A DNA stretch of 64,000 nucleotides from a virus. Its lineage: Duplodnaviria; Caudoviricetes. The position numbers were made by a program, and so were the translations under genes. Each line of letters begins with the position of its first letter. Within the stretch, counting starts at the first letter, position 1. The stretch lies in the IMG/VR virus record IMGVR_UViG_3300030330_005626, positions 60,637-124,636 of that record, one strand, 5' to 3'. Shown here piece after piece: positions 1-10,700 of the stretch. Under the pieces are notes generated by a model, which was given only the letters and a program-made list of their open reading frames with translations, had not been told where the DNA came from and made no database searches.

Positions 1-283
1 CAAAATAGTAGAATTGTTTGATAAAATCAATATGTTTCAAGCTATAGATTTAGTTATGAATCACGCTGAACTTGTTGTGTCCTGCTGTAGCTGGTCTGGA
101 TGGTACGGCATAGCCTCAAGAACAAAAACTGTGATGGCTTTAGGCCCACTGATGGAAAAAGGAAAACGAGATGAAAAATACGTTAACTTAATGAAAAATA
201 AAGACATATTTTTTATGGATTATTCCTCAAAAAAAGAGCAAACTGACCTTAGCATTTCTAATTGGATAGCAAATAACGTATGA
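1..283 (+). CDS. Partial CDS (5' end outside window); C-terminus resembling GT9/GT-B glycosyltransferase-like proteins
   Basis: Frame is open to the window edge upstream of the TTG at 14. 'IDLVMNHAELVVSCCSWSGWYGIASRTKTV' resembles the GT9 C-terminal motif. Stop overlaps the dnaE start (ATGA). Confidence 0.4.
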   Translation, partial: KIVELFDKINMFQAIDLVMNHAELVVSCCSWSGWYGIASRTKTVMALGPLMEKGKRDEKYVNLMKNKDIFFMDYSSKKEQTDLSISNWIANNV

Positions 284-2910
284 GCACTTATACTGACAAC
301 TTTGAAGAGCTTGATTTAAAACTTCACGGAGTTAGGTTGCCTAATTTTGAAATCACTAACACCCAAAAACAAGATGTAAAAATCAGTGAAGACTCAAATA
401 ATTTTTCCTTCCTTAGAGCTCTCTGCGAGAAAGGTATGCAAGATAAAAACCTAAAAGGTAAGGCATATCAAGAGAGAATGGAATACGAGCTACAAACTCT
501 GGAGGAGCTCGGATTTACTGATTATATTTTATTAGTTTGGGACGTTACCAACTTTTGCAAAAGAAATAAAATCGCCATTGGTCTAGGAAGAGGCAGCGCT
601 GCGGGTTGTTTAGTTTTATATTTAATTGGTTCGACAAATATTGATCCAATCAAATATGAACTATTTTTTGAAAGGTTTGTATCCAAGGTAAGAGCCAAAA
701 AGAAAGTAGTAAACGGTGTAACTTACCTTGACGGCTCCTTAATGGTTGATGTTGACATTGATGTATGCTATCACGGCAGACAAGAAGTGTTGAAATATTT
801 AAATGAAAAATTCTCTGGTAAAACCAGCAAGGTATTAACCCTAACGACCCTAAGTTCTAAGCTCTTAATTAAAGAATGCGGTAAAATTATTGCGGAGGAA
901 AACGAACAGGAGATGAACAAGGTGTCCGCGATGATCCCAAAAGTGTTTGGTTCTGTAAAAGACATCTCGGAAACCTACGATGAAGTAGAAGAATTTAAAG
1001 AATGGGTTGACTCTTCAGAAATAAGAAAAGAAACATATAAGACCGCGTTAAAGATTAGAAATCTTGTAAAAAACAAAGGTATTCACGCTTCCGCTATTGC
1101 TATTTGTTATGACAATTTAGAAGACTCGTGCCCAAGCGAGCTAACCTCAGAGGATAAAGACAAATCAAAGTCTAAGTCGTTTGCTAAAAAAGCTGTGGTA
1201 TCTTCATACGAAATGGATTTTGTTTCCATTTCTAATGTCAAGTTGGATATCCTTGGCCTTAGGTGTGTGTCTGTGGTTGATGACGTTTGTAATTTAATTG
1301 GCATAGATAAAGAGGATATCAACCTGAACGACCCATTTATTTACCAAAATCTTCAAGACCTCAAAAATCCACATGGCTTATTTCAAATAGAAGCTGACAC
1401 CAATTACAAAGTATGCCAAAAAGTAAAACCTAAAAATCTAGAAGAATTAAGTGGTGTGCTCGCTCTAGCTAGACCAGGTGCGCTTTCATACGTTGATCAA
1501 TATGCGAACTACACCAACAATGGCGTTGAAGAGGCTATTCACCCATTCTTTGATGATATATTGTCTTACAGCGGTGGTGTAGCCCTATATCAAGAGCAGC
1601 TAATGAAAATGGCTCATAAAATTGGCTTTACCCTCGATGAAGCGGAAATACTTAGAAGAATCGTAGGTAAGAAAAAGGTATCAGAAGTAAAAAAGTGGAA
1701 AAAGAAGATTTCTGAAAAGATTAAACAAAATAATCTTGATGAAAAAATTGGTGAAGTCTTATGGAAAGTTTTAGAAGACTCAGCGAACTATTCTTTTAAT
1801 AAGTCCCACTCAATTGCTTACGCTGCCTTGGCTGCTATTACTATCTACTTGAAGTTTAAATACCCAAAAGAGTTTTTCTTGGCTTTGCTTAAAATGAGTC
1901 GCTATGAATCGGAGCCTATAAAAGAGATATCTAAAATCAATAGAGAGATGAATGATGCTGGGGTCAAACTTTTACCACCCCACTTAATTAAGTCTGAAAT
2001 GGATTTTTCTATTGAAGAAGAAGGAATTAGGTTTGGCTTGCTTTCAATTAAAGGCGTTTCAGACAAGTCAATTGAGAAGCTAAATAAATTTAAAAATAGA
2101 TACTCCACTAAGTTTCAAGTATTTGAAGCTGCAAGTAAGTCTGGTATTGGTATAGGAATCTTATCCGCACTTATCCAAGCTGGTACGTTTGAAGGATTTT
2201 CTCAAAGTAGGACAACAGTTGTTTACGAAGCGCAAATATGGAGCATTTTAACTAAAACTGAAAAAACTTTAGTTCATAAGTTTGCAGAGAAGTTTGATTA
2301 TGATTTAGTGAAGACTGTTAAATACTTGTATTCGAACTACGAAATTAAAAACGGAAAAGAAAAGCCGTATATAAAAGATTCAAGAAAGCAAACTATAAAA
2401 AAGAAAACAGAAAAGTATAGTTTAATTTATAAACAAAATAAAAAATCTGAAAGGTTTGCAAACTGGTTCTACGAAAACCAATTACTTGGCTATACTTACG
2501 GGGTTAGACTTATTGACATATGGAAAAATGTCACAAATAATCTTGTTACAATTAATACGGTAAAAAATTCCCCAATGGATAGCAGAGTTAAGTTCATTGG
2601 CTTTGTGGATGGCAAACCATACAGAGGCACATCTAGAAACGGTAACCCATATTTAAGACTTGAAGTTTCTGACGAAAATAAGCAAACTAAAGTTATGATC
2701 TTTAATGATAAAATGTGGAACGCGATTGGTAAAGACGCTAGAAACATGCCAAAGTCTGGAGAAATAGTGATAGTAAAAGGCGTCGTAAAGGACGAGTGCG
2801 TATTCGCTGACGAAATGTACACTCAAAGAAAAAATAGCATATACACAAAGTTATCAGACTTGAAAGATAAAAACTTAAACAACTTGACAAATGAAAAAGA
2901 TATCGTATAA
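280..2910 (+). CDS. dnaE: DNA polymerase III alpha subunit (family C), lacking N-terminal PHP domain
   Basis: Motifs GRGSAAG, LFFERF, DVDID, KLDILGL, LALARPG, LYQEQLM, YSFNKSHSIAY, IRFGL and a C-terminal OB fold. Confidence 0.95.
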   Translation: MSTYTDNFEELDLKLHGVRLPNFEITNTQKQDVKISEDSNNFSFLRALCEKGMQDKNLKGKAYQERMEYELQTLEELGFTDYILLVWDVTNFCKRNKIAIGLGRGSAAGCLVLYLIGSTNIDPIKYELFFERFVSKVRAKKKVVNGVTYLDGSLMVDVDIDVCYHGRQEVLKYLNEKFSGKTSKVLTLTTLSSKLLIKECGKIIAEENEQEMNKVSAMIPKVFGSVKDISETYDEVEEFKEWVDSSEIRKETYKTALKIRNLVKNKGIHASAIAICYDNLEDSCPSELTSEDKDKSKSKSFAKKAVVSSYEMDFVSISNVKLDILGLRCVSVVDDVCNLIGIDKEDINLNDPFIYQNLQDLKNPHGLFQIEADTNYKVCQKVKPKNLEELSGVLALARPGALSYVDQYANYTNNGVEEAIHPFFDDILSYSGGVALYQEQLMKMAHKIGFTLDEAEILRRIVGKKKVSEVKKWKKKISEKIKQNNLDEKIGEVLWKVLEDSANYSFNKSHSIAYAALAAITIYLKFKYPKEFFLALLKMSRYESEPIKEISKINREMNDAGVKLLPPHLIKSEMDFSIEEEGIRFGLLSIKGVSDKSIEKLNKFKNRYSTKFQVFEAASKSGIGIGILSALIQAGTFEGFSQSRTTVVYEAQIWSILTKTEKTLVHKFAEKFDYDLVKTVKYLYSNYEIKNGKEKPYIKDSRKQTIKKKTEKYSLIYKQNKKSERFANWFYENQLLGYTYGVRLIDIWKNVTNNLVTINTVKNSPMDSRVKFIGFVDGKPYRGTSRNGNPYLRLEVSDENKQTKVMIFNDKMWNAIGKDARNMPKSGEIVIVKGVVKDECVFADEMYTQRKNSIYTKLSDLKDKNLNNLTNEKDIV

Positions 2911-2911
2911 T
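2884..2911 (+). promoter_or_regulatory. Sigma70-type promoter TTGACA-N16-TATAAT, 8 nt before ATG 2920 (near-leaderless)
   Basis: Perfect consensus hexamers at 2884-2889 and 2906-2911. Confidence 0.8.
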
Positions 2912-2919
2912 TAAAAAAT

Positions 2920-3441
2920 ATGAGCTTACAATTTTATAAACCCAATCAAAAGTCTACTGGCACAGCTTGTTCATTCTGGAGAAATGCAGACGATAATACG
3001 TTCTGGGTAAGCCTTATTAAGCAAGACTCTTGGAACTCGAAAACTAAAACGGGCTCATTTTCTAAGAATAAAGACAACCCAAAAAAGAGAGCAATTATCA
3101 AATTTAGTGATTTAGAAATTGCTGGCGTTATTGACGCTATCGAAAGAAATGCTGAGTACAGCGGTTATCATGGTAGCCAAAAGCAAGTTGTAAAGTTCAA
3201 CTTTAAACCTTACGTAAAAGACGGTAAACAGCTTGGTTACTCTTTCTCTGTTAATAGGGAAGATAAAGAAGATTCCACAGAAAAGCAGAATTATCTTATC
3301 GGTTTTTACTACCCAGAAGCAATGAGACTCAAAATCTACCTTCAAACCATTCTTTCTGAGAGCTATAAAAACGATTACACTTCTCAGAAGAACTCCCAAA
3401 GCAAACCAGCTAAAAAAGACGCTGAAGACTACGACTTCTAA
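2920..3441 (+). CDS. Putative ssDNA-binding protein (Whirly/PC4-like fold suspected)
   Basis: Follows dnaE; beta-rich with aromatic and basic residues; acidic tail ending DAEDYDF like SSB tips. Confidence 0.45.
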   Translation: MSLQFYKPNQKSTGTACSFWRNADDNTFWVSLIKQDSWNSKTKTGSFSKNKDNPKKRAIIKFSDLEIAGVIDAIERNAEYSGYHGSQKQVVKFNFKPYVKDGKQLGYSFSVNREDKEDSTEKQNYLIGFYYPEAMRLKIYLQTILSESYKNDYTSQKNSQSKPAKKDAEDYDF

Positions 3442-3443
3442 AA

Positions 3444-5318
3444 GTGAGTAGAAAAAAAGTCTTAATCCAAACTGACTTCTCTTTAGTCAAAACGGGCTTT
3501 GGTCGTAGCGCTAAGGCTCTTTTATCATATTTATATAAAACTAACAAATATGATCTAGTTCATTTTTGCGTTGGAATGAACGAAGCTTCTCCAGCGCTTC
3601 TCCAAACCCCTTGGAAATCTGTCGGAACTCTCCCTAGTTCTCCAGAAAAATTAGATCAAATTAACAAAGACCCGAAACTAAGTAAAATCGCTCATTACGG
3701 GGCTTATTATTTAGATGAAATAATTGAACGAGAAAAACCAGATGTTTATATCGCCGCTCAAGACATTTGGGGGGTAGACTTTGCAGTTGGAAAACATTGG
3801 TTTAATAAGATTAACTCAGCTATTTGGACGACATTAGATTCGCTACCGCTATTACCAACCGCCGTTGAATTGGCTCCAGAAATAAAAAACTACTGGATGT
3901 GGAGCAGTTTCGCAACGGAAGAAATGCATAGACTTGGCCACAAACACGTCAAGACTGTCCACGGAATTATCGATACTGACAATTTCAAAAGACTAAAAGA
4001 CGAAGAGAGAAAATTATTAAGAAAAAGAAATAACATAGAAGAAGATGCTTTTGTAATCGGTTTTGTATTTAGAAATCAGTTAAGAAAGTCCGCGCCTAAC
4101 CTTATAGAAGGATTCAAAAAATTTAAAGATAAAAATCCACACATCAAAAACGCAAAACTATTATTACATACAAGCTATCAAGAAGGCTGGGATTTAAGAG
4201 CTTTAGCCGATGAGTACAAAGTAAACTGGGAAGATATTTTAACGACTGTTATTTGCGCTAAATGCAAAAAATACGAGGTAAAATCATTTAAAAGACCAAA
4301 TGACGAATGTAGATTCTGTGGTACTAAAGGCTCCGTGAACACCACTGGAGTCGCCTTGGGCGTTTCAGAAATTGAGCTAAATGAAGTCTATAACCTTATG
4401 GACGTGTACTGCCACCCGTTTACGTCTGGCGGTCAAGAAATTCCCATCCAAGAAGCTAAACTTACAGAGTTACCCACTTTAGTAACAAGCTATAGCTGCG
4501 GTCAAGAAATGTGTGGCAAAGCAGCAAATTCATTATCTTTAAATTGGACAGAGTATAGAGAATTTGGAACATCTTTCATTAAAGCTACCACCGACCCGAA
4601 CCATATAGCCGAAAGACTTGAAGAGGTCTACAACATGCCAGACTCTGAAAGGCAAAGAATGGGTAAGGCGGCTAGAAATTGGACTCTTCAAAATTTCTCA
4701 GTTCAAAGCGTGGGTAAAGAGATAGAAAAATTTATCGACTCCTGCAAAAAAATAAAAGAGTCCGAATACCCAAAACCAGAAAAAAAAGACCCTTATGCAA
4801 AAATAGAAAATATACCAAACGCTGTAGACTGGTTAAAAGCTCTTTACAAAAACATCCTAAAAACTACAGTAACCTCAAAAGACGAGGGTTTGCAATACTG
4901 GTTATCCGAATTAAGCAAAGGTGCTAAAGCGCAACAAATAGAACAGTATTTCAGAGATGTAGCTTCTCAAGATAATCAAAAAGCAAGTGATAAATTATTA
5001 AAAGATAAATTATCTGATAATAAAAATAGAATTCTATACATAATGCCTCTTGATGAAGTCGATATATTTGTTTCCACAAGCTTATTTAAATCTATAAAGG
5101 ATTTGTACCCCGATCACGATTTATATGTTGCTTCTCAGCCTAAAAATGAATTAATTTTAGCTGCAAATCAATATGTTCATAAATTCTTAAAGTACGAGCA
5201 AGCTTTTGAACATTTACATTTACTTAAAGATGATCAAGGCGATGACCTTTTTGAGGCTATCTACACGCCTCACTTAAACAAAAATAATTACAATCTCATA
5301 CACAAAACTAATCTATAA
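3444..5318 (+). CDS. GT4-family (GT-B) glycosyltransferase with Zn-ribbon insert and extra C-terminal domains
   Basis: TGFGR N-terminal motif, RNQLRK, 'YNLMDVYCHPFTSGGQEIPIQEA' (ExxxxxxxE-like), CAKC...CRFC insert. Confidence 0.8.
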   Translation: MSRKKVLIQTDFSLVKTGFGRSAKALLSYLYKTNKYDLVHFCVGMNEASPALLQTPWKSVGTLPSSPEKLDQINKDPKLSKIAHYGAYYLDEIIEREKPDVYIAAQDIWGVDFAVGKHWFNKINSAIWTTLDSLPLLPTAVELAPEIKNYWMWSSFATEEMHRLGHKHVKTVHGIIDTDNFKRLKDEERKLLRKRNNIEEDAFVIGFVFRNQLRKSAPNLIEGFKKFKDKNPHIKNAKLLLHTSYQEGWDLRALADEYKVNWEDILTTVICAKCKKYEVKSFKRPNDECRFCGTKGSVNTTGVALGVSEIELNEVYNLMDVYCHPFTSGGQEIPIQEAKLTELPTLVTSYSCGQEMCGKAANSLSLNWTEYREFGTSFIKATTDPNHIAERLEEVYNMPDSERQRMGKAARNWTLQNFSVQSVGKEIEKFIDSCKKIKESEYPKPEKKDPYAKIENIPNAVDWLKALYKNILKTTVTSKDEGLQYWLSELSKGAKAQQIEQYFRDVASQDNQKASDKLLKDKLSDNKNRILYIMPLDEVDIFVSTSLFKSIKDLYPDHDLYVASQPKNELILAANQYVHKFLKYEQAFEHLHLLKDDQGDDLFEAIYTPHLNKNNYNLIHKTNL

Positions 5319-6445
5319 TGCAGCTTGCAAATGTATATTCGGCTTCGTGCGGCTTAAAGATAGATAAGCCTGAGATTTACGATGTTTATTTTCCCTTTGT
5401 AGAGGAAAAGTTTATAACCGTAGACACGGATAAAAACAATTATAGTAATTGGCAAGATGTAGCTAACATAATCGGACCGCATTTAAATAAATTAAATATA
5501 AAAATTTTTCAACTAGGCGAGCCTGAAAGCACTGAAATTCAAGGTGCCCTTAGAACTAACGGCAACCTGAGCGCTGGTCAAAAAAGCTTTTTAATTAAAA
5601 AAAGTATGCTTCATGTGTCTAATAATAACTTAACGGCACAAATATGCGCTAGTTTAAATAAAAAATTAATATGTTTAGCTGAGAGCAAAAAAAGAGCCTT
5701 ACCTTTTCCAGAGGTCTGGGGTGATAAAAACAATCACACTTTTGTATACCCAGAAAAAAAACAAGACTTTATTAAGCCAGAGAAATTAGCTAAAACCATC
5801 TTAAACAATCTAGGCGTAGATTTTCAATCTGATTACGAAACGGTTTATATTGGTTCAAGATATAAAGATGGCGTTCAGTTTGTAGAAAATATTCCAACTT
5901 CATTATTTGACCTAAAGAAATACTCTTTAAACTCCGTTTTATTGAGAATGGATTTGGAATTTTCTCAAGAAAATTTAATAAAGCAGCTTCAGATTGGGAA
6001 AGCTACTATATACACAGATAAAAGCATTGACTTGAATCTATTAAACTCGTTAAAAGATAATATAGTAGAAATTATTTATGAAATAAAAGAAGATAACAAC
6101 CCTTCTTTTTGCGAGCAAGTATCTAAACTAGGAATAAAATGCCATCTTATTTCTAATTTACCTGAAGACAAAATTAATCAATTAAAGCTTCAGTATATGG
6201 ATATAGGAAACATCTCCAAACAGTATATTTTCAGCAAAGATTCCTTACCCGATCATGAGTCACTAGATGTAAATAATCTGTATTACAGAAGTAAAAAAAT
6301 TATTTGTAAAAATGATTCTATGTACCTTTCTGAAGCGGCACTGGAAAAAGGAATTAAAAGTAATAGTAGTTTTGACATTCAAAAAGTGATAGATACGCCA
6401 AGCTTTTGGAAAAATTTGGACGCTTTTTCAATTTTAAAAAAGTAA
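5318..6445 (+). CDS. GT9-like/GT-B fold protein, possibly degenerate
   Basis: 'YSNWQDV..IFQLG..LIKKSMLHVSNN..QICASLNKKLI' resembles heptosyltransferase C-domain; coupled (TAATG) to the GT4 gene. Confidence 0.5.
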   Translation: MQLANVYSASCGLKIDKPEIYDVYFPFVEEKFITVDTDKNNYSNWQDVANIIGPHLNKLNIKIFQLGEPESTEIQGALRTNGNLSAGQKSFLIKKSMLHVSNNNLTAQICASLNKKLICLAESKKRALPFPEVWGDKNNHTFVYPEKKQDFIKPEKLAKTILNNLGVDFQSDYETVYIGSRYKDGVQFVENIPTSLFDLKKYSLNSVLLRMDLEFSQENLIKQLQIGKATIYTDKSIDLNLLNSLKDNIVEIIYEIKEDNNPSFCEQVSKLGIKCHLISNLPEDKINQLKLQYMDIGNISKQYIFSKDSLPDHESLDVNNLYYRSKKIICKNDSMYLSEAALEKGIKSNSSFDIQKVIDTPSFWKNLDAFSILKK

Positions 6446-6474
6446 TTGACCCGAAGTAAAAAGTAGTCCATAAT
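6446..6474 (+). promoter_or_regulatory. Sigma70-type promoter TTGACC-N17-CATAAT, 6 nt before ATG 6481 (leaderless)
   Basis: Hexamers at 6446-6451 and 6469-6474; no SD. Confidence 0.7.
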
Positions 6475-6480
6475 TTATTT

Positions 6481-7194
6481 ATGGATAAAATTAAATCTCT
6501 TTCAAGAGACAAAAACGGTTTAGTTTCAGGTGTAGATTATATTTTCGACGAAAGTGGTTTAATCGATTGGAGAAAGATGATTAAGCCAGAGTTTCTGGTT
6601 CCGAATAGAGATAGGACTAATGAAACAGACGTATCTAAGCTCAAAGATCACGAGTTGATTATTCTGCTTGGTGGTATTAAAGAACTTGCTCAAATTAGAG
6701 GGTATACTGATGTTAGCTACGATGTTACCTGCCCTAGTTCAGATTATGTAATTGCGACTTGCAAAATTACTTGGACTCCAAATTACGAAACAGAAGGTAA
6801 AGAGGTTTCATTTTCGTCTGTAGCTGATGCCTCTCCTCACAATACAAATGAATTTGGCCAAATCTTTTTAGCTGCTTGCGCTGAAAACAGAGCTTTTGTT
6901 AGGTGCGTGAGAAATTTTCTTAGAATCAATGTTGTCAGCAAGGAAGAGTTAAAGCTAGACTCTTCAAATAAATTTACCGCAACTAAACCAACCGCCTCAA
7001 ATCAAGAGCATAACGCTGATGGACCCCACCTAATCCTCTCTAAGACAATGAGAGATAAAGGTGTGTCTTTCGAAATAGTTAAAACAAAATTAGTTGAAGA
7101 AAACTTTAAGAACGCTGACACATTTGAAAATGTATCTGACATTCCTAAAAGTAAAGTGTTTGAACTGATTGATAGACTTAAAAAGATCAAATGA
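6481..7194 (+). CDS. Rad52/Sak-like single-strand annealing protein
   Basis: 'LLGGIKELAQIRG...VADA...AENRAFVRCVRNFL' pattern of Rad52-fold phage annealases; replication context. Confidence 0.55.
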   Translation: MDKIKSLSRDKNGLVSGVDYIFDESGLIDWRKMIKPEFLVPNRDRTNETDVSKLKDHELIILLGGIKELAQIRGYTDVSYDVTCPSSDYVIATCKITWTPNYETEGKEVSFSSVADASPHNTNEFGQIFLAACAENRAFVRCVRNFLRINVVSKEELKLDSSNKFTATKPTASNQEHNADGPHLILSKTMRDKGVSFEIVKTKLVEENFKNADTFENVSDIPKSKVFELIDRLKKIK

Positions 7195-7775
7195 AGAAAA
7201 GTATTATCATTTTAATTCTTGCGGTTAATCTATCTTTAGCCGCCACTTTTCAATTCAAGGACGGGACTGTAGTAAATGGTGAAATCTTTGAGGAGCCATT
7301 TAGTATCGCCAACCCGTCTCCTACTGGAATTTTTTTAAAAGTAAATGGTAAATTTTATTTACACCACTATCCATCCAAAGTTCTTAAAAAAGAAGTAATT
7401 ATTGACCACGGTAATGGTACATACACAATCAAAGAAGAGAATGAAATTGTCCCAACTCCAGCGCCCCCCGAAGCGGGAGAAATGAACCCGTATCAATTGC
7501 CAAACTGTGTTCCAGCTAGAATTAATTTCATTCACTTTTCGCCAAAAACTCTTAACGATTTATATAAATACTATTTTGCAAGAACCGCATACTTTAAAAA
7601 AGTAAATAACCCACTAGAGTTTCGCAATAATAAAAATATTGCTCTTGGAATTTACGAGGCTGCTTACTCAAAAAAATATAAGCTCAATTCTCCTAAATTA
7701 AGCTCAGAATGGAAAGCAAAAGTAAACAAAGAGTATGGAAAAATTCCGTCCAGCGTTACTTGGTTTGGTGATTAA
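7191..7775 (+). CDS. Exported hypothetical protein with signal peptide
   Basis: MKKSIIILILAVNLSLA-A signal peptide followed by TFQFKDGTVVNGEI. Confidence 0.6.
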   Translation: MKKSIIILILAVNLSLAATFQFKDGTVVNGEIFEEPFSIANPSPTGIFLKVNGKFYLHHYPSKVLKKEVIIDHGNGTYTIKEENEIVPTPAPPEAGEMNPYQLPNCVPARINFIHFSPKTLNDLYKYYFARTAYFKKVNNPLEFRNNKNIALGIYEAAYSKKYKLNSPKLSSEWKAKVNKEYGKIPSSVTWFGD

Positions 7776-10700
7776 AGCTTTGATTGATTCCAAAAGTCGT
7801 TGTTATGATCAGCTTGCTCCTTAGTCTTTGGAGTAAACCTTACACCCTTCGATCCTTTTCTTATACCACTTAGTTTCACGGTAACTTCTTCAGGTATATT
7901 ACCTGAGAACGTAATTATTAGTTTATTTTCTTTTACTTTAACGCCACATAGAGCGGGTTCCGTAGTGGTGTAACTCACAGCTTTGATTGAGTTTTGCTCG
8001 CATACAAAAACGAACTCTGGATCAATTTCTTGTTCTATTTTAAGCCTCCCGTTAGCCTTTATAGATACAACGTCTTCAAATCTTACATCAGGAGATTCTA
8101 CACAATACAAATCTACATATTGACCGCTAACGCTTTCAACTATGGCCGTTTTAATCGGGTCTCCAGCCTGAGAACTCACATTTCTTACATTAAAGTCAAA
8201 ATCCGTAATCCTGCTTGTTTCTACGTAACCCCATTCAGGTGTAGCTCCTGGTCCTTTACTTAATATAACTTGGTCAACTTGCCCTTGCCCGTTATTTAAG
8301 ACTATGGGGCAATTGTTGTCTGGATTTGTTTGACCTCCTAGATATAACCCACTACCCGCCTCTGTGTATAAGTTACATCCTACCTGAAAAAATTTGTGAG
8401 TAACGCTTACGGAAGTATTTCCAATAGTACCTGGATCGGTCACGCTTTCCGAAGCCATACCCATGCAAAGACCCGAACCACCCCAAGCTCCAGCATCGTT
8501 TGAATAAAATATGTAGGCTTCGGGCTGTGGGAGGGCTGCGCCAGCCCCTGCAACCCCTTCAATGTCAGGATAAAAGTAAATATGAGGCTGAAAAGCGTCT
8601 ACGTAGTTATCTCCTGAATCATTCTTACATGCGATTATGCTTATACCATTTCCAGTTTGGTTGTATAGCACAACAGCAGACTGGTCACTACTACCATTAT
8701 TTACGGTTGGATATCTGTCTGCCGCAAAACCTTGAGCAAGTTGACCTCCAGCCAAAGGATTTCTTTTAATTATTTTATTGCCATCAAGTGCCAGAACATC
8801 GGTTGCACTGGAATCAGTTGATATACAATCTATGTAAACATTGCCACTAAAGTGATGATTGTTTGAGCACTCGGCCCCGAAGAATGAATCCCCAGAAGAA
8901 AATAAAGTAGTTCCTGCTTGGCCAATATTCAAAGTACCAACATCACCGCCAAAATTTATAGTACCTGGTGTATTTGCTCCAGCTTGATCAAGTATGTTTA
9001 CGATAGGAGAATCTGAAGTGATATCAAAAGCTGAAGTGTTGCGTAGACCTAATACAGCCCCGCTGAAAACATGCTGATCGATGTTAGAATCACCAAACTG
9101 GGTATGACCCAGACCCGTTATATCACCCGTTACCAACAAGCTGCCAGCGGTATATATATCCCCGCAATCTTGATTTATATCCCCTGATACATAATGGATA
9201 TTGCTGCACGGGCCTTCCCCAAATGCTTTACCTTGAACGCCTTGAACTCCTTGAGCTCCTTGAGCACCATTATTACCAGCGACGCCTTGTCTACCTTGAG
9301 CTCCTTGATTGCCTTGATTACCTTGAGCACCATTATTACCAGCGACGCCTTGTCTGCCTTGGGCACCTTGATCGCCATCTGATGGACCTTGAATACCCTG
9401 AACTCCTTGAGCTCCTTGATTACCTTGATTACCTTGATTACCTTGAGCTCCAGCGTTACCTTGATCGCCTTGAGCGCCATTATTACCAGCGGTACCTTGT
9501 CTGCCTTGAGCACCTTGAGCGCCGTTATTCCCAGCGGCACCTTGAGCACCATTATTACCATCGACGCCTTGTCTACCTTGAGCTCCTTGGTCTCCATCTG
9601 ATGGACCTTGAACGCCCTGAACTCCTTGAGCTCCTTGATTGCCTTGATTACCTTGAGCACCATTATTACCAGCAACGCCTTGTCTACCTTGAGCACCTTG
9701 ATCTCCATCTGATGGGCCTTGAACCCCTTGAACACCTTGGATACCTTGAACGCCTTGTGCACCTTGTCTACCTTGAGCACCTTGGTCTCCATCAGATGGA
9801 CCTTGCACACCTTGAATACCTTGAACGCCTTGTGCACCTTGATTTCCTTGGTTACCTTGGTTACCTTGATTACCTTGGTTACCTTGAGCGCCCCCAGCGC
9901 CCGCAGCACCTTGAGCGCCGTTATTTCCAGCGACACCTTGTCTGCCTTGAGCACCTTGGTCGCCATCTGATGGACCTTGAACTCCCTGTCTGCCTTGTGC
10001 GCCTTGGGCTCCTTGATTACCTTGATCGCCTTGAGCTCCCGCAACTCCTTGATTACCTTGGTTACCCTGATTACCTTGGTTTCCTTGGTTACCCTGATTA
10101 CCTTTAACGCCTTGAGACCCTTGATTACCCTGAGAGCCTGTAGAACCTTGAGCTCCTTGGTCTCCGTCAGATGGACCTTGAACGCCCTGAACTCCTTGAG
10201 CTCCTTGATTACCTTGATTACCTTGAGCTCCAGCGTCTCCTTGATTACCTTGAGCACCATTATTTCCAGCGGCACCTTGATTGCCTTGAGCGCCGTTATT
10301 TCCAGCGACACCTTGTCTACCTTGGGCACCTTGATCGCCATCTGATGGACCTTGTACACCCTGAGTACCCTGAACACCTTGAGCACCTTGATCTCCATCA
10401 GATGGACCTTGCACACCTTGGATGCCTTGGATACCTTGGATACCTTGAACCCCCTGAATACCTTCGTTACCTTGGTTACCTTGGTTACCTTGGGCTCCGT
10501 TTACACCAGAGACGCCTTGTCTGCCTTGGGCACCTTGATTTCCTTGGTTGCCTTGTCTACCTTGAGCACCTTGGTCTCCATCTGATGGGCCTTGAACGCC
10601 CTGAATTCCTTGAGCTCCTTGGTTGCCTTGATTACCTTGGTCTCCTTGAGGTCCGTCATTACCTTGGCTACCTTGACTTCCTTGATTCCCTTGATTGCCC

